Positions 61,072 through 64,000 of a stretch of DNA of 64,000 nucleotides are shown here, piece after piece. The notes beneath the pieces were generated by a model, which saw only the letters and a list, made by a program, of their open reading frames with translations, had not been told where the DNA came from and did no database searches. The position numbers and the translations under genes were made by a program. Where the stretch lies: IMG/VR virus record IMGVR_UViG_3300022879_000001, one strand, 5' to 3'. Origin of the DNA: an uncultured virus (IMG/VR IMGVR_UViG_3300022879_000001) (taxonomy: Duplodnaviria; Heunggongvirae; Uroviricota; Caudoviricetes). The stretch's first letter is position 1. Each line of letters begins with the position of its first letter.

Positions 61072-62061
61072 TTATTGTATATGGTATCTCTTAAATGCAG
61101 TTTGTTTTCGTTTATCACTTACTTGTGCATATCTAGCAGTTGTATCGGCTTTTTCATGACCGAGTAATGCTTGTAAATCAGCAATATCCATGCCTGCGTT
61201 TAATGATAATTGAGCGAAGGTATGTCTCATGATATGTGGATGTAAATGTTTAGATATTCCAGACAATTCTTTTATTTTTCTGATTTGATACTGTATTCCT
61301 ACATTAGTCAATCTTCGAATTGGTGTTCGTTCACTTACTATCAATGCTTCACAATCATCGATTCGTGTATTTAAATATTTCTTAAGATAATATTGTGCTT
61401 TTTCACTTAAATAAACTCTACGCTCCTTATTTCCCTTACCATGTACAATAACACTATCGTTATGCCAATCAATATCACCAATGTTTAACTTCCTTAATTC
61501 ATCCAATCTACATCCAGTTGAGTAAAAAAGTTCAATTAATGCACGTTGTCGTAAAGTTTTACATGCAGTCCTGACTTTTTCTAATTCAATAATTGTCAAT
61601 CCTTCACGAACTTTCTTAGGTAACTTTGGTCGCTTAATTTTCAAACAGGGATTCTTTATTAATTCCTCTTCCTTAACTAACCATCCATACAATGAAGAAA
61701 TAATATCTAATTTAGCCACAATTGTACTTGTTTTTAGGTGACTTTGTGCGGACAAATATTGACGTACATCAGAAGTCGTAGCTTTTAATATCGGTTTATT
61801 CAAATGATTGACAAATCTTTGTAATTCATATTGATAGTTTTTAATGGTAATCAATGAATAATTCTCAACCTTAATAGAATTCAAATACATGTGGATGTAA
61901 TCCTCATTATCATCAACAATTATATCTGAATCTTTAGACTCAATGTTGTAATTTGAAAGTAAATCATCTAAATAGTGAGTCAGTTTAATTGAATCTTGTT
62001 CACTGTTAGATACCATTTTTACTGCTGTTTTAATTTCATTGATTAAATGCAGTTTTGACAT
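61072..62061 (-). CDS. XerD-like tyrosine recombinase
   Basis: STGCRLDEL, GKGNKER, HPHIMRHTFA, LLGH...TTARY: complete R-K-H-R-H-Y set. Confidence 0.92.
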   Translation of the reverse strand: MSKLHLINEIKTAVKMVSNSEQDSIKLTHYLDDLLSNYNIESKDSDIIVDDNEDYIHMYLNSIKVENYSLITIKNYQYELQRFVNHLNKPILKATTSDVRQYLSAQSHLKTSTIVAKLDIISSLYGWLVKEEELIKNPCLKIKRPKLPKKVREGLTIIELEKVRTACKTLRQRALIELFYSTGCRLDELRKLNIGDIDWHNDSVIVHGKGNKERRVYLSEKAQYYLKKYLNTRIDDCEALIVSERTPIRRLTNVGIQYQIRKIKELSGISKHLHPHIMRHTFAQLSLNAGMDIADLQALLGHEKADTTARYAQVSDKRKQTAFKRYHIQ

Positions 62062-62224
62062 AATAAAGCACTCCTTTATTTTATAATATTTTATGTATTT
62101 ATTTATATAATATTTTGACATAAAAGTCAAATTATACATTTTATATTATTTTTAAAAAAGTGAAGTATTATGTCAAAAATCTGCTAATCATAAAGACTGA
62201 AAAATACTGAACAATATGGAACGA

Positions 62225-62392
62225 TTAGTTTGTAGTAGGTGGTTCATAATCTCCTGCTAAATGTTCTTTCTCTTCTGTCTTTAACTTTTCATAGACACCA
62301 GGTTTTAACGATGTTGGTACTTTACTAAACTGTAGTGTATCGTTAGTAACCTTTCTCGTTAAAAACGTTAGGATACTATTTACATTTTCCAT
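62225..62392 (-). CDS. Small tail-associated protein
   Basis: GAGGTG RBS; 55-aa ORF MENVNSILTFL...KVPTSLKPGV. Confidence 0.55.
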   Translation of the reverse strand: MENVNSILTFLTRKVTNDTLQFSKVPTSLKPGVYEKLKTEEKEHLAGDYEPPTTN

Positions 62393-62601
62393 TACATCAC
62401 CTCATTATCTTCACTGAAGACCATTGATACAAGTTCCAATATAGTACTTTCATGCAACAAAATAGCACCTTCAAGAGTAGCATTTTTATTAGCAAGTTCG
62501 GTATTTATTTTAGCTAGTTTTTCATTCTGCTTCTTTAGTAGTTCAAGGTCTTGTTCAGTTTTAGTTGGTGGGGTAGGAACAATCATTGTTCGTCTTTTCA
62601 T
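62392..62601 (-). CDS. Small coiled-coil tail-associated protein
   Basis: Follows the tail protein; GGAGG RBS. Confidence 0.6.
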   Translation of the reverse strand: MKRRTMIVPTPPTKTEQDLELLKKQNEKLAKINTELANKNATLEGAILLHESTILELVSMVFSEDNEVM

Positions 62602-63998
62602 TATGCTCTACCTCCTAGTATTCGAGTTATTGCATCATTTGATCCGCCACTAGTATCTGCTCTACTCAAATGCAACGTGAGAGTAGCAGGTGCTTCAGAT
62701 GTGAGAGTTTTAGAGAGCTCATACTCATTACCTAACAGTTCAGATTTCATAGGGATATTATTTAATGTTGCTGACACTTCTAAATTCCCTATCTTCTCTA
62801 CATAAACCCCTACGAAGATAGTGTTAGGTATGTCATACACTAACTCTCCTGACAGTTTTTGGACATTATCTCCAATAACCCAGTTTCCGAAAAACCTAAA
62901 ATCAGCAGATGTTAAATAAGCTATTGGTGGCAATTCACTATTAGAGAAGTTAGAAGAAGGCGCAACTAATGGTAAGTTTACACCAGACTGTAATATTTGC
63001 TTGGAAGTCCATGCATCATTACCAACTTTTTTATACAAGTACAATGACTTATCAGCGCGTAATACATATGCATACATGTTACCGAATTTATCTTGAGTGT
63101 AAGTAAATATCCAATCAGCAGGAGTACCTTTATTAGCTGTTATATCAAACGCTGATGACCAAGTGACACCACTATCATCTGTTTTTACATACTTCACACT
63201 ACTTGCAGACTCACCCGTGTCTTTACCCATAAACGCCACATACATAGTGAAACTATAATTAGAAGCTATTAAAATAGGAACCATACCATACTTAGAGGAT
63301 ACTCCTTCACCAAACACTTTTATAGTTCCATACTTAGATGGCAAGTTGTTATCTGAACTAAAATCATTCTTGGTAGAACCTTCTAGGAAACAAACTAAGG
63401 TAGACGCACCTGTAGCGCCTCTAACAGCTACAATTACAACTTTTCCTACCGTAATAGATATAGAAGGTAATGTATACGCTGTCGCAGACGTTGATGATTT
63501 AGTAAGTCTCTCAGGAGTGCCCCAATTAACACCATCGTTTGACCTATTCAGACTTATATTTGTAACTGCAGTACCATCGTAAATGCTACACCAAGCTACT
63601 AAGTATCTTTTAGCGTACTCGTCATATGTTATATCAATCGCACTAAACCCTGTCTCATTCTGTCCTGAAATCTTTTTTAACATAGAAGCAAGATTTGCTC
63701 CAGGAGTTACTGTAGATACATCTATAATTGCTGATAGCACTTGATCTGTATACATGTTAACAACCCACAACTTGCCATCTACTGGTAATATTGAATAATC
63801 ATTATGGTATGCACTAGAAGACCCAGTCATAACAAATAGTAATTCGAAAACGCTATTCTCGGGTTTCTTAACATAAAATTCTAAAGTGTTTGTTGAACTT
63901 TTTCTTGCTGCAGTAATAACCCAGCCATTATCCATCACAGCTACCTTTTTTGACGTTTTACTATTACCTGCTGTAAATACACCAGTTGCGATAGCCAT
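62601..63998 (-). CDS. Tail fibre/receptor-binding protein with Asp-box repeats (5' end beyond window)
   Basis: SNDGVNW and TDDSGVTWS Asp-boxes; beta-rich; late-region position. Confidence 0.6.
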   Translation of the reverse strand: MAIATGVFTAGNSKTSKKVAVMDNGWVITAARKSSTNTLEFYVKKPENSVFELLFVMTGSSSAYHNDYSILPVDGKLWVVNMYTDQVLSAIIDVSTVTPGANLASMLKKISGQNETGFSAIDITYDEYAKRYLVAWCSIYDGTAVTNISLNRSNDGVNWGTPERLTKSSTSATAYTLPSISITVGKVVIVAVRGATGASTLVCFLEGSTKNDFSSDNNLPSKYGTIKVFGEGVSSKYGMVPILIASNYSFTMYVAFMGKDTGESASSVKYVKTDDSGVTWSSAFDITANKGTPADWIFTYTQDKFGNMYAYVLRADKSLYLYKKVGNDAWTSKQILQSGVNLPLVAPSSNFSNSELPPIAYLTSADFRFFGNWVIGDNVQKLSGELVYDIPNTIFVGVYVEKIGNLEVSATLNNIPMKSELLGNEYELSKTLTSEAPATLTLHLSRADTSGGSNDAITRILGGRA

Positions 63999-64000
63999 GT

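Larger units (their letters stand above)
1..64000. mobile_element. Segment of an SPbeta-like large temperate Bacillaceae phage/prophage
   Basis: Gene order resembles SPbeta (yopP-yopQ-yopR-like, yorF-yorJ-like, nucleotide metabolism, serine recombinase, lysis and tail genes on the opposite strand); dense small ORFs; AT-rich. Confidence 0.9.

Noticed and set aside
524..63582. Opposite-strand or alternate-frame shadow ORFs (e.g. 524-718, 6628-6819, 25105-25368, 34217-34525, 42507-42704, 63346-63582)
   Set aside because: They overlap better-supported genes and show no recognisable motifs

Overview
The whole window is part of a large, AT-rich temperate phage or prophage of the SPbeta-like type from a Bacillaceae host; no host chromosomal flank is visible. 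The + strand (1-48.2 kb) carries arrays of small accessory ORFs, a YopP/YopQ/YopR (SroDEF)-like repression module, a sigma factor and a replication module (SSB-like, AAA ATPase, DnaB helicase, primase, nuclease, family B polymerase). It also carries nucleotide metabolism genes (kinase, thioredoxin-like protein, RNR with the ATP-cone on beta, MazG-like, ThyA, DHFR), a large serine recombinase and a YfkAB radical-SAM gene. From 48.3 to 54.5 kb lie a ParM-like partition locus (-) and a pilin/VirB6-like/FtsK module (+). The - strand (54.7-64 kb) holds the end of the late region: tail protein, tyrosine recombinase, nuclease insertion, holin and endolysin. Most notable observations: (1) an 18-bp pseudo-palindrome ATAAWA-N6-TWTTAT (21 exact copies found by eye) sits at junctions of small accessory genes, giving an integron-like cassette architecture; (2) sense-strand TACAT (UACAU, the Bacillus MazF cleavage site) is concentrated in leaders and intergenic regions, alongside a phage-encoded MazE/NdoAI mimic; (3) an attP-like inverted repeat lies inside the serine recombinase ORF; (4) the ParM locus has sigmaE-like promoters. 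Several frameshift and nonsense lesions suggest prophage decay. All calls come from motif reading by eye; no database searches were run.
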